Positions 1-12,606 of a stretch of DNA of 64,000 nt are shown piece by piece (the stretch's first letter is position 1; each line of letters opens with the position of its first letter). The notes under the pieces were generated by a model that saw only the letters and a list, made by a program, of their open reading frames with translations, had not been told where the DNA came from and did not search any database. The stretch lies in NCBI RefSeq assembly GCF_009914755.1, contig NC_060925.1; one strand, written 5' to 3'. The position numbers and the translations under genes are program-made. The stretch is from the human T2T-CHM13v2.0 reference genome, Homo sapiens.

Positions 1-950
1 TTTATAAAAATACACCACCATATGAAGATTGAAAGTCAAAGAAGTGATACAACTGACAGAGGATTAAAATCTAGGCTACACACACAGACATAGATATACA
101 AATCAAGAAAACCCAATGAAAATTAGTGAAATATATAAATAAGCAATTCATATTGAAAATGGGAATGGTAAACCTATTAAAAGCTGCTCAACCTCATAAG
201 TAAGAAAGGAAATGTGAATGTAAACCTTAATAAAGTACCTTTTTACACCCCTTAGGCTGGACAACATGAAAATGTCTGATAATACCAAGTATTGCCAGAG
301 TGTGGACCAAGAAAAACTCTTACAAATACTAATAAAACTGTAAACCATGTGAAAAACAATTTAATATTGACTGTATCATACCCTGAAACAGAAATCCACT
401 CCTAGGTGATACATTAACTAGAAAAATTTTTATGCACATTCATAAAGAGATATAAACAAACATGTTCCCAACAGTATTACTTATAATAGTAAAAACTGTC
501 ATCAGAATGTGAATGTGGTGAGTTTATACAATTAACTATTATGCAGCATCAAAAATCAGTCAACCAGAGTGACACATATGAATATGAATCATTATTATTT
601 ACATAATGTTGATATTTTAAAAATCAAAAGCAATTTGCAAAAGAATGCATACTGTATTATATCATTTATATAAGGGTTACCTATGCTAAGCGGTACAAAA
701 ATATTGTTAGTACTCAAAGTGCACAAAATGTATGAATGTATAAATGTACAAATAAATACAAAATTTAGAAATGAGGTTATCTTTTGTGTGTGGGGGAATG
801 GGGTGGACAGAGAGAGGAATGGGAGAGGAGGCTTCAGTCATATCCATAATGCTTTCTTAATGGGCATAATGGGTATATCAGTGGTCATTGTATTTTTTCA
901 TCTTAGGCAAATTAATGTTTACAAAATAATTATTCAAATGAATTAAAATC
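1..950 (+). mobile_element. Old, decayed LINE-1 3' portion (L1M class)
   Basis: A-rich sequence with degraded resemblance to the L1 ORF2 C-terminus and 3'UTR (e.g. AAATCCACTCCTAGGT, CAACAGTATTACTTATAATAGT). No intact ORF. Confidence 0.65.
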
Positions 951-3213
951 CACAATAAAGAAGCATTTTCTTTAGCTAGAACAGATTGTTAATTTGAGAG
1001 GCCAATTTCATAGTAAAAGCCCTCTAACAAATTCATTTGAAGAAAAATCTTAATGACCTACCTCCATTTTCTATTCAGAACCTCAGCCTGGTTTTTCAAA
1101 AACTAACCACAACAAAGCATCACTGTCCACCCTTACAGTACCCCACTCATACTGATCCTGTCTTACTAAGGTCTACTGTCTCTGAGGTTTTCAGACCTTC
1201 ATCTTCATGCATCAAAATTCAGTAATGTTTTCTATTTCCCTAATTACCAGTATCTAATTAAGCCAATCCTGTTAAGATACTAACAACTCAAAAACTAAAA
1301 GTGTTATCCTGTCTATATGTACTTTTATTTTAATGAGTAATTGCCAAAGGGGATATCTTTTACGACAAGTGTAGCATTTCAGGCATCCAAAGGGAAATAT
1401 TCAAAGATATTTGACATCTTATTGTTTAATATCGCCATGAGTTTTATTTTCAAATAAGGTTAGTCTTGCTTATCCTAAGAAGCATTATCATTTCAAAGAT
1501 TTTAGCAGTGTGGGTCAAAGAAATTGATTAACAACTTGCAAAATTTTATAGCCTTAATGTCTAAACATTTATAGATGTAATAGGAACATCAAATCTGTTA
1601 AAACTGCCTTGATCTAATTTGTAAAATGGTGATAGTTTTTAGTGTTGGGCCTCTGCTTGAACAACATCCAAAGTATATTTAGCATTTATCTTTCTCCAAT
1701 TTTTAGACAGTCATCTGCATTTCCAGAGGGTTGATGACAGGGCAGCTTGAAGTTTAAAGACAGCACCTGCATTTGCATTTCAATAGTTCCATAATTCTAT
1801 GAAACCACTGAAATCTCTTCAATGTCTCATTGTTTAAATAGTAAAGGTGGCCAGATTTTGTTCAAGATTCATAATCTTACAAAAATATGGAGCCGTTGTA
1901 TTCAAAGCTTATTCTAAAGAGAATACCTTCTCTTTACACCTTATAATCCTGTTTGTTAAAACCCATAACCATTAGGTGGACATCTGAACATATTTAAAGT
2001 ATTTTATCCATTGGATTTTTATGGTCCAAAATCAAGATTCTAGGACAAGATAAATGGGAAAGGAGGACATGTAGTTTGAAATGTGTTATATCAGCACCAT
2101 CAATTTTTAATTCGGGGTTCCAAAATTATCTTTTTCTCCATTGGAAAGGAATACGTTTGTTTCCACGTAGGAAACTACTTCCACTTAACACACAGAAGGT
2201 AACTTCATTGGTAGGTATGCTGCCTGTATGCAAGGATCTGCAGTTACTCATAACTGACTGTGTTTTTAAACAGAATAATTTTTGTCAAATATTTTGATAC
2301 AAAACAATGAAGCCTGAAGTTAAAATAAGAAATTCTGGGCTCAAGTGCAGGGCAACTGGACATCCTTATGAGATGAGCCTTTGTGCCCTTCCTGTAAGTG
2401 TGGATTAGATTATCCACCACCTAGATTTAAGAAAGGATTAAATGAAAGAATATATGTGAAAGTACTGTGTTGACTGTATTAAAAAGAACTGGAAACCCAT
2501 AAAGGACCGCTATAATTGTGTAATTGTTGCGCCAGGTTATTTTGTCAATACATTTTTAATCAGCACCTAAAATATTTCATGTCACTTCATCCAGCAGAGA
2601 CATTGAGATGTGGCAAAATGTTTAAAAGGACAACACTATAGGTGAAAAAAAAACAGAGCACAACAGTAGTCAATTCAAAAAAAATTCTTTTAACAATTTT
2701 ATTCCATTTCCTTGCCATTTTCAGAGCCCTTTCTTTTGGTGTTTTGTAACAATATAAAAAACGATCTGGCTTTTCAAAATATACTCCTTTTCCTTTCTAT
2801 ATGCAAATGATATGAAACACTGGCAAGTTGTCCTTAAAAGTCAGCCCACCTTCATGGCCCAGATAAAGTGGGCAATAATTCCTCTCTAGGTCCTCCGCAC
2901 ATTAGGTGCCAGTCTCTCAAGTCTCTTCCTAGACAATTTCTAGCAGCCAGGAAACATAATTTTTGACCTTGAAGACTTTAGCATTCCAAATCTAAGAATA
3001 CAATCAGGTGTGTTTTCTTTTGGCAAACTGTGAGCTTACACACACCCCCAGAGTGGCATTTGAATGCTGTGCACAGTCTTGACTGTGTTCGAGGTTAGAG
3101 AACTAAAGACAAGATTCTTTCTCTCTTGTAATGAAGAAACAAAAACCACATAGCCTATATTCCACAAAAGAATACCAGCATAATATATCCTTTTTTAAAG
3201 ATGTAATTCATTA

Positions 3214-3632
<419 letters not shown>

Positions 3633-3650
3633 TTACGTAAGGGAGCATAT

Positions 3651-3659
3651 GAGAGAGAG

Positions 3660-3698
<39 letters not shown>
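3651..3698. repeat. Compound (GA)6(GT)18 microsatellite upstream of the CpG island
   Basis: Directly visible. Confidence 0.97.
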
Positions 3699-3699
<1 letters not shown>

Positions 3700-4906
3700 A
3701 GAGAGAATGTTCATGGCAGGAGGAGGGGCGGTGAATATATGAAGGGAAGTTGGGAAAACCCTTCCCTTTTTGTGCACTCCCAGGGCAGCAGCCGCAACCC
3801 CAGAATGAGGAGAGGACTTAAGAGCAGGCACAAGGTTCGCTGCCATGACTGATGTGAAGCGACCTGACGCACAAGCGGAGACTTTTCTCCTTGGCAGCCA
3901 ACAACCTGCAGCAGGCAAGGCGGGCGGGGGAGGAAACCCCGAGGAGGCGCTCCCGGCCGCCTCTTTGCTGAGATAGCAGGAGCAGCAGCCTGAGGAGCCA
4001 CGAGCTCAGCGTCACTGAGCTAGTGCGGGTGCAGGGGCGCTCAGGCAGGCGCACAGGCCGGGAGCCGCTTCTGCCGCTCAGGCGGCCGCGCTGCAGGAAG
4101 CCGCGCCGCGCTGCCCGAGCGCCCGGGGCTGGCCCGCGAGCGGGAGGAGCCGGCAGCCGCGCTCCGCCCGGCGCTGAGATTCGTGCCACCTGCCTCGAAC
4201 ACCACGGAGGCGAGAGGAACCCAGAGAGCTCGGCCTCTCGTCCCGTTCGCGAAAAGCAGCCTATCGTGACGGAGCCGGGAGAAGGCTAGCGTTTCAATCC
4301 TGTGCAGGACTGGGATTTTTCTTCTCATAATTTGGGGGAGCCGGAGTAGAGGTCAGAGGGACAGGCGAGGATCTCAAAAAGAGACCGAGGGTTGTGAACA
4401 TGGTTACCCCCTCCTATCATTGGAAAATCTCCTTGACATTTTTCACACTTTGAAGCAGCTGCAGCTGGTGTCGTCGGAAAAGGGGGTGGGAAAAAAGAGA
4501 GGGGGCGGGGAGAGCGGTGAGACACAGCCAAGAGCCATGAGCGGCGCCTCCTCGCCTGCCAATCCTGGCACCTGTGCGCCGAGCCACTGCACCGAGGAGG
4601 ACCCTACTCCGGGTGAACACCGGGCTTGAAGCCACGGACACCCAGCCCCAGTGCAGCGGGTTCTCGCCGGCGGGACCTGCAGCCGCCCACTCGGGCCACC
4701 GCCACCGCCTCCTGCAGTTGCGGAGCGCTCAGCCCCTCCGAGACGCCCGCTGCGCCCTGGCCCCTGGGGATCCTCGCCCTGCACAGGCGCGGCAACGGGC
4801 AGGGGTTGTTACGGAGTTGGGTGCAGGATTCGCCTTTCCTGCTTGTCTCTTCTCCGCCCAGGATTTATTGTCTGTGGAGCCTTCTGGGGGCGGGGAGGGA
4901 GCTGCG

Positions 4907-4942
4907 CCTCCGCCACCGCCGCCGCCGCCGCCGCTGCTGCTG
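4907..4942. repeat. CCT CCG CCA (CCG)6 (CTG)3 trinucleotide tract in the putative 5'UTR
   Basis: (CCG)6 at 4916-4933 and (CTG)3 at 4934-4942. Confidence 0.95.
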
Positions 4943-5275
4943 CGGTCGCTAGCGCGGCGCGCTGGGCAGGCTGAGGCTGGGGAGTGGACGCGCTCCTGCC
5001 TCCCTCGCCGGCGCTTCGGGCTTCCCCTCAGCCGCTTCCCGCGGGAACCTCTCCAGCCGTCCACCTGAAGGGCACTGGCATCATGGTCTAACGTGGCACC
5101 TTCCTGGATTCCCCTCTATCTCCTGTTCTTCCTACCTTCTACTCCTTCCCTCCTCTTCTCCTCCGAAGACCCTGGCGCCCACTCCACTGCGGACCCCTGA
5201 ACACTTAAGGAATAACCCTTGGCAGCTGCACGACTACGCTCTCCGAAACCTCATGGGCAGTTTCTCCCGCCGGCG

Positions 5276-5277
5276 AT
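5276..5277 (+). CDS. LRRC7: First two bases (AT) of an intron-split start codon; rest of the CDS lies beyond the window
   Basis: GGCGAT|gtgagt has G at -3 and a strong donor directly after AT. No convincing downstream coding exon in the window. Confidence 0.5.
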
Positions 5278-5712
5278 GTGAGTAAGGCACGCTCGCTCCG
5301 TGGCGGAGGGTGCTGCGGGGGCCCAGCCGCGTGCGGCCGCGGCGACCGTAGGCGCGCGAGGTGTGGGACCCCAGAGGCCGGCCGGGGGCGGGGGTGGCAG
5401 GGCGGGAGGCTTCGGCGCTCGCGGGGAGCTGCTTGTGCGGTGGCCGAGGGAGGCGGCGAAGATGTGGTAGGTTGCAGAGCATTTGGAAATGGGGTGCTAA
5501 CTGGGCGGGTGCATGGGAGCACCGAGTAGCTTGAGCTGGCAAGAGACCTTAAAGGGTTACATACTGCGAAAAGGAAAGGTAAATGTTGGGCGCTGGTGCT
5601 GGGACCATTGGTTCCGCTGAAATTAGGTTTAGCTCCTCGTTATTATCTTGGGTATCTCCAGTCAGCTTTTTTCCCAGAGGTGTCTGAGGGATGAAGCGCG
5701 TGTTTGATCGTG

Positions 5713-5738
5713 ACACACACACACACACTCACACACAC
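5713..5738. repeat. Interrupted (AC)n microsatellite
   Basis: Directly visible. Confidence 0.9.
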
Positions 5739-6957
5739 TTGTGGCAGGACGCACTTGTCTCTTTATCTTGGAAGGTGTTGTATCAATGTCTCGATGTCTG
5801 TTTGAAAAAATACAATTAGAAGATTTTTATGTGATTGGGATTGAAGGGAAAGGGTGGGGTTTGGGGGGATGGAGGGGACGAAGGAACATGAAAGACTGGA
5901 GGACGGAAAGAAGTGGGGGAGCGTGTTCCCTGGGAGTCAGGGAGAACCTTGCCTCCCTCCCTGTCAGCTAGACAACTCCTGCCCACACATCTCCTTTGTG
6001 TGGCACGAGAAGCTGGTGAACCTGCCTATTCCCAATCCAGCGCTGGGTCCCCTTGAGGATCTTGCGTCCTCCTCTCCGAGTTATTAAGGATGCAGGACGT
6101 GTTTCGGATTCGACGTGGAAAGAGGGAGGGAAGCACATTAGCATTAAGGTAATCATGGCACCCTGGCTCGTGGACTATTAGATTGGCTACCAGTGGTCTC
6201 TAATCTTACTGTTTGCAGAGTCAAGAATGGGGGCGGGGGTTGGGGGACTGTATAGATTGCCTTTTAAAATAGTGTGACTTCATAATAACGGAGATGGCTG
6301 AAAGATTGCTTCCTTACACTACTTCTCGGCCATCAGGGCTGAATAAAGGACCCGCCTCCGCCCTCTACTCCGGCTCTTCTCTGGCTGTCTCTTCCCCATC
6401 AAGTCATAAAGCGAGCGGGTTGGGCGAGAGGGCACAGCTCGAGGCAGAGAAGAGACGGGGTCACTTTCACAACTCCCAGGAATCGGCTTCAGAAAGGAAC
6501 CATCTGCGACTCCCACGTTCCTTTCGAAGTTCTCCTTCAAAAGGAATTACAAAAAAAAAAAAAAAAAAAAAAGCGATGGGGGTGGGGATCGGTAAGACAC
6601 AGGGGTCCTCCCCCTGCTCTTTTCAATTACTTTCCCAATACTCTTTCAACACATCGAATTTACCTGCAGTGGTAACTGGGTCAGCAGGTAAATAGATTTG
6701 TATCTGTATATGTCGAAATGTGGCTCTCCTGGTGGATGAAAAGCAATTTTTTGTGAGCATATTCTAACCTAGGCGAAATTTCTAAGCACAATAGAGATTT
6801 TTATAGCGTGGGCGAGAAGAGTGCATTCCAGCGAAAGCAGGACACGTGATCCCTCCAACGGGTGAGATACAGTATTAGGAACTCGATTTTCTTTGTTCCA
6901 GCCTGAGCCTATGAGATGTTCAGCATCCTGGTTGCTTAAGTCCTCCTATAGAAGGAA

Positions 6958-6980
6958 AATAATAATAATAATAATAATAA
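6958..6980. repeat. (AAT)7 microsatellite
   Basis: Directly visible. Confidence 0.9.
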
Positions 6981-9729
6981 AGTTGATCGGAGGCGAAATA
7001 GAGGGAAAATAAGCACAGGTAGACATGCGTGAACGGTTTGAAAGCTTCGCCTCTGCCTTTTTTTACCGCCCACCCTTCACCCCCACCCCTTGCTCCAGCC
7101 AGCCCCCTATTTTAAAATGAGGCATTTCCTCTGGGAGACGGTGGAAAAGTTCTCCAGCCCCTGCACACGTGGGTTCTCCAGCACTTCAGAACCTGCTGTG
7201 ATTCGCAACAGATTACACCACCTTCCCAGTCCAAGTGTCACGCCTCCGTCCAGGCTTCCTTGAATTGGCTTCCAGGAAGGACTCTAAGGGAACTACCACG
7301 AGGTGTTTTTTGTTTGTTTGTTGTTTTTTGTTTGTTTGTTTTTACAAAAGACAGTAAAGCAATGAAGTCTTTACTTTTTAGAAATCATTGATTGCACAGG
7401 GGGAAAAATGAGCAAATAGGGATGTAGGAATGATTTTATGTTTCCTTAAGAGTCATATGGCTAAAGTATATTGGGGGTGTGTTTAGTGATTGAGTTTGGA
7501 CTTCTGAGGTGTCTCAGGCCTGTGGAAAATGTCCTGAGGTCAGAATATTTATTAATTTAGTGGAGATATAACTTGTTTATGACCCAACATTTAGAGTTAC
7601 CTGACTTGGAGATTTCTTATTTCATTTTCACTTAATGTTTTATAATCCATCTTAGTAGGCTAAAGTTTTTAAAAGGTGGTTTATTTATGTGTTATGCTGC
7701 ATTGCATCATACTAATATGTAATGATAAGAAAAACAGTCAATTTTCATGACTTATTATGAGGTGAGAGTTCTTTATACATTTTTAAGAAAAAACTGACTA
7801 TCCAAGAAAAAATGTGTACTTACCATGGCCAACACATAAATTCTACATCACTTGTGTCTGCACATATGCAGCTTAGAATTAGAAACAACTTCATAAAGAA
7901 ACCTGGTCCAGTTGCAGTAGCCATGTTTTATTCAGAATTTTAGTGCAGCTTTAGGCTGTCATTAACATTTTCCCAATTAAATTCTTATTCCACTTTCTTT
8001 TTTAAGCTTTTAATTTTTCTAATTCCCTTATAAAATACAGAACATAAGCTTAAAGTGTTTTTGTGCATCTGCATTTTTGTTTTCTTTGGATTTCAAAAAA
8101 TCACGAAGATATAAATTAATATGAATGTTATTGCTTATGAAAGTAATAAACTATATTATCTATATGATGTTCATTCCAGTGGTACTTGTAGATCTCTCTT
8201 ATTTCAGCATATAGTACATGATTAAATATTTGATACAAAAACTTGGTCTTGTTAATCACAACTTTAAAACATTCACTTTTTAGAACAGATAAAATATTGA
8301 TGTTAGGTTTTAATTGATGTATCAAAATTACACTTAGAGATACTAAAATTTTATTTGCTGAATGACTGTGGCCCCAATATAAGAAGGAATCACACATTCC
8401 ACGAGATTATAACTTCATTGCTTACTCAGATTAACCGACTACACGAAGAGTAACCAATTATTGATGAATTATCATCTGAATTATTTATGGATTCTTATTA
8501 CATTTTCTTTCTTCACACAAATTATTTCATAGTTTTTTGAAAAAATTATTTCAAACATATATGCTGTTGAACACAGTAGTTATAATAGCCACACTACCAC
8601 TGAAAGACATTATTTGGTGTATTTTGTTGTCTCTAATAACAGTGACTACTTTGCAGAGTATCATCCACATTCTTTTTTGGAGCCATGTAAATTTGCAAGA
8701 TGACTTTAGGGGAATGTTAATTCAAATCTGTGACATATAACAGACTTTTAGTTTATGACAAGCCGAGTTACCATTAACTAATTTTTATTGCCACGGAAAG
8801 ATATCATTGGAGATGACTCTAGGCTCTTTGGAGAATGTTGAAGTTTTCACTCTGAATTTCTTTAATTTAGCAGTCAACATCAGTCTTCAATAGAGAGTTT
8901 TCAATGTTTCAATATTAAGAAATAAAATTTTAATATAAAGATAGCAATTTAAACCTATAATGAAGCAAATTATATTATATTCTGATGGAACAAAAAAGCA
9001 AATTATATAAGCTATTGTAATTAAATCAAATACCTAAATCAAAAGAAGGAGATTCATAGACAGGCTTCACATATGTTTTAAAAAACTTATTTGTGAATTG
9101 TCAATAAAAACTCAGAATGAAAAGTGGCACTATAAATCAACAATGTTTGAATGATGGTTGCCACAAATCAATAGTATTTTTTCTTTATGTGGCTTTTAAC
9201 CATGTTATTTATGTGACTCAGGTTTGAATCATTAGAAATAATTACATTTTTATAGAAACAACTGTAGAGTATTACCCTGAGATAGTGAAAGAGGAGTAAG
9301 AAAAACTTAGGTATGTCTAGAAGTAATATGCAATCTTAGGTAATACATCTCTTTTAACAAGATAAAATAGAGGTGGCAATAATTACTATTTTATAACTGC
9401 AGGACATACCAAAGAAGACAAAGGGGTACATGAAATGTGGTTTGGAAATTTTAGAAGAGTGAAGTATAAACTTTTTTGTATAGATTAGTTTTTCTGTAGT
9501 AATGTGTGTGTGGGGTATGTGTGTGTGTGGTTCTGTTTAGTGATAGCATAGTATAATTATGTATATTATATAATGGTGTAATTAAAAGCATGCCATTTAA
9601 ATAATCAAATATGTCTATTTCCTATCTCAAAAAAAGTGAATATGCTCAGAAATCCATGAACATCACTTGTCATACTGCCTCCCCTACCATAGTACCTGAA
9701 CTGTAATCATAATTATAATAAGTTACTGC

Positions 9730-9900
9730 TTGCTAAACTCCTACCATGAGTCATGTGCTTTACTTCAAAATAATCCTACAGGAAGCATGATTCTCACTGT
9801 TTTGAAGATTAGAAAACTGAAACTCAGAGACAGCAAGTGGCAAATCCATGCCACGTGGAAAGTGATGGGCCAAGATTTAAGCCCAGATTTGGCCCCTGTT
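9730..9900 (-). mobile_element. MIR fragment
   Basis: MIR-like core (…GAAAACTGAAACTCAGAGA…GGCCAAGATTTAAGCCCAG). Confidence 0.65.
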
Positions 9901-12606
9901 CATTTTTCCCCATTCTGTGCTCTCTTCTTCATGGCATAAATTGAAGTTCGGTAAATAACTTAAATCTGTAGATTATGGAAGTTTTTCCTGGTGTACAAAG
10001 AAAGATTAAGATTTTGAACCAGCTTTTGAAAGCTGTATATTTGGTGATAATACACCCTATTATTTTTGGACTATTATTTAATGTAGGTATAGAAAATACT
10101 GTTGCTTATTATCTTGGAATAATTCATTCACGACAGAAATTTAATAATCTAGTAGAATCTGTCATATAAAAGTACATTATGGAAGTTTTCAATAAAGCAA
10201 ATTTTGAGTCAATAGCTGTCATGTCTATTTTGAAACTATGATGATGCACTTGATAATTAAGCCCCTGGGGAGGCATCATATATGCTAATTAAATTATTAT
10301 TCATAATAGAAACATTATCATTTGTCATTCAAAGACATGGGAAAAATATTAAATACATTAATAACCCAAAGGATTTCCTGTGTACACTCATTCTCATTTT
10401 ATTGTTCATTGCTTAATAAACTACTTAAAATCTCTATACAAAATATTATTTTACTTCAATACACGTGAAAGAAATAGTAGTTGTCAGGGATGAAGCATTG
10501 AAATGTCTATTAACATTGACATGATGTGTTTAAATATTTTAACAATGGAGCAGTTGTTTACATTGTTTAAATAATTCATTTATAGGCTTCTTAAAGATGC
10601 AGTTTCTTCAGTTGTGCCAGGATATTTTTGCTGTACATGAAGTTCAGTAAGGTTGAAAGCATACTTAACACAAGGGGATAGGTATGCCCAAGGTAGTATC
10701 ATAACAAATGGCTTAAGTTAAAAACAGTGGAACTCTAGGATACTTGTGTGTGTGGCGGGGTGGGTCAGATGAGGGAGATATTTAAATGTTGTAGTACTCA
10801 AGAGGTAAAGTAGTATGAGAACAAGTGAGAAGCTATTGATTTCAATTATAGAAAAGAGGTAGCTGACCTTAAAACAAAACAATAGCATAAATACTATCAT
10901 TATCATCATGAAATTTTCATAGGTAAAAAGAAATGGTATTGTGAAAAGCAGAAAAACAGAGCTAACAGAGGAAAATATGGGACAAACAATTGGAAAAGAG
11001 CTGCTAGACAAGTCACTGAGAAACTACAGGATTTTATGTTATTATATTGAAAAAGATAAGAATACTCTGGTGTAGTGGCAAAATACTTTATAGATGCTTG
11101 GCTGTATTGTCAATTTATTCAATACTGGAAGGAAAGGTAAGAAATGAACTTTATTAAGATAGTGCCTAAGTATTATGAAGACATTTGTTGCACTAAAAAG
11201 GTAGGTAATGGACACAAAGCTAAAATATGCCAGCTGAACTTAAAGAATTAATATGTCACAGATGGCGTAACTAAAACAATTAAAAATTGCAAATAATAGA
11301 CTTATAAATACTAACTACTTAAGTGTTCTGCATCAAAAGTATTCATCATTGCAGTTCTTACCACCAGTAGGCACCTTACAGAATCATGTTGGATGGAAAT
11401 ATACCTTGGACCACATATTTTGAGCACTCATAAAATTAAATAGTTACTATCCGGTGTTCTTCTGATCAGTGTAATTCAAGACATGAAAAAAATTTCTTCC
11501 CTATATCAAGTGTGATTAATTTATTAAGACAATTATAAAAGCTATTGTAATTAAATCAAATACCTAGTTAAACTTAGAGTGAGTGTTAAATATTAGCGAA
11601 GTCCTTAGGCTAATATCGTATTGTTGAACCCTGGGCACACCACACACATACACATACAGCTGTAATTGTTCTATTTCACAACACATATGCACACACAAAC
11701 ATAGCTGTAATCTTACTATTTCAGGAGTTTATAACACTTCAGAGCTGGAAAGGAATTTAGAGGGTCTCATTTTATAAAAAGAAGAAACTGAGGCCCCACT
11801 AAGTATACTTTCTTGCTGAGGGTCATCCAACTGTTAATGGGAGAAATAGCAATAAAATCAGGTCTTGTAGCTCCCACTGTCTGCCAGTAAAACCACACCC
11901 TTGGAACTACTGGGGTCTCTTACACCCGAGCAAAGTAGAAGAGAGAAAGGAATCTTAATTCAATAGATCCAATTAATATAGCTAGCCAATTTGATGACAC
12001 TATCCAAAAAGCATTTCTTTTTCATTGAATTTTTGGCCTGAATTTCAATCTGAGTTTAATTTTTGGTCTTAATTATGCCCTGAGTTTTTATTTGGCTTAA
12101 GCATTTTGGACAATTGCCTTATCCTCCACTTTGACTTGACTGTCTAGGCAGACTCCTATGCTATAAATTTAACATCTGTTAAGTATTCTATTTTTAAAAT
12201 ATCTTTATTTAAGAAATGTGGAATTAATTTTCACTAATATTGAAGCACTCTAAATTTGGATACTATATCCTTTCTTAAAACATTAAAATTAAAATGTTCT
12301 TTTTAAATCATTGATCTTTTTAGGATAATGCCAGCTAAATGAATGTTGGATGATGAAGAAATGTTCAATTCATTTTAAATAAATAAATTATCTTCTAAAT
12401 TTGCTAATTTTATTAGGGGTCAACCAATAAGTTTTCTCACCAAAAAACAAGGAGGACTTTAAGTGCTGTTAGGGCTTTCTATAAACTATTACTTCAAATA
12501 TGAATTAGGAAACCATTCTAATCAGGAAAATAAAATACAATACAGTTGGAATTTGTAAAACAGACTCATTTCTGAGAAGTTTTTTGCATTATTAAGTTAC
12601 ATTTTG

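Larger units (their letters stand above)
4560..5277 (+). other. LRRC7: Putative first exon (mostly 5'UTR); 5' boundary uncertain
   Basis: Lies in the CpG island and ends at a consensus donor, GAT|GTGAGT (GT at 5278-5279). The gene name rests on my recollection that the long LRRC7 isoform has only 2 coding nt in exon 1 and a very long intron 1. Not verified. Confidence 0.55.
3860..5520. promoter_or_regulatory. CpG island promoter with two GC-rich lobes (about 3920-4290 and 4500-5520); CpG-rich shoulder to about 7250
   Basis: High GC and CpG density against an AT-rich background. GC box GGGGGCGGGG at 4501-4510, CCAAT at 4559-4563, no clear TATA box. Confidence 0.93.

Noticed and set aside
4195-4645. 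REST/RE1 sites (CACCACGGA near 4200, CCACGGACA near 4632)
   Set aside because: Only partial matches; the TTCAGCACC half is not conserved.
3818-5542. Many overlapping 60-164 aa ORFs on both strands
   Set aside because: Expected from stop-codon scarcity in a CpG island. They are low-complexity Pro/Arg/Ala/Gly sequences, often with non-ATG starts and no recognisable domain.
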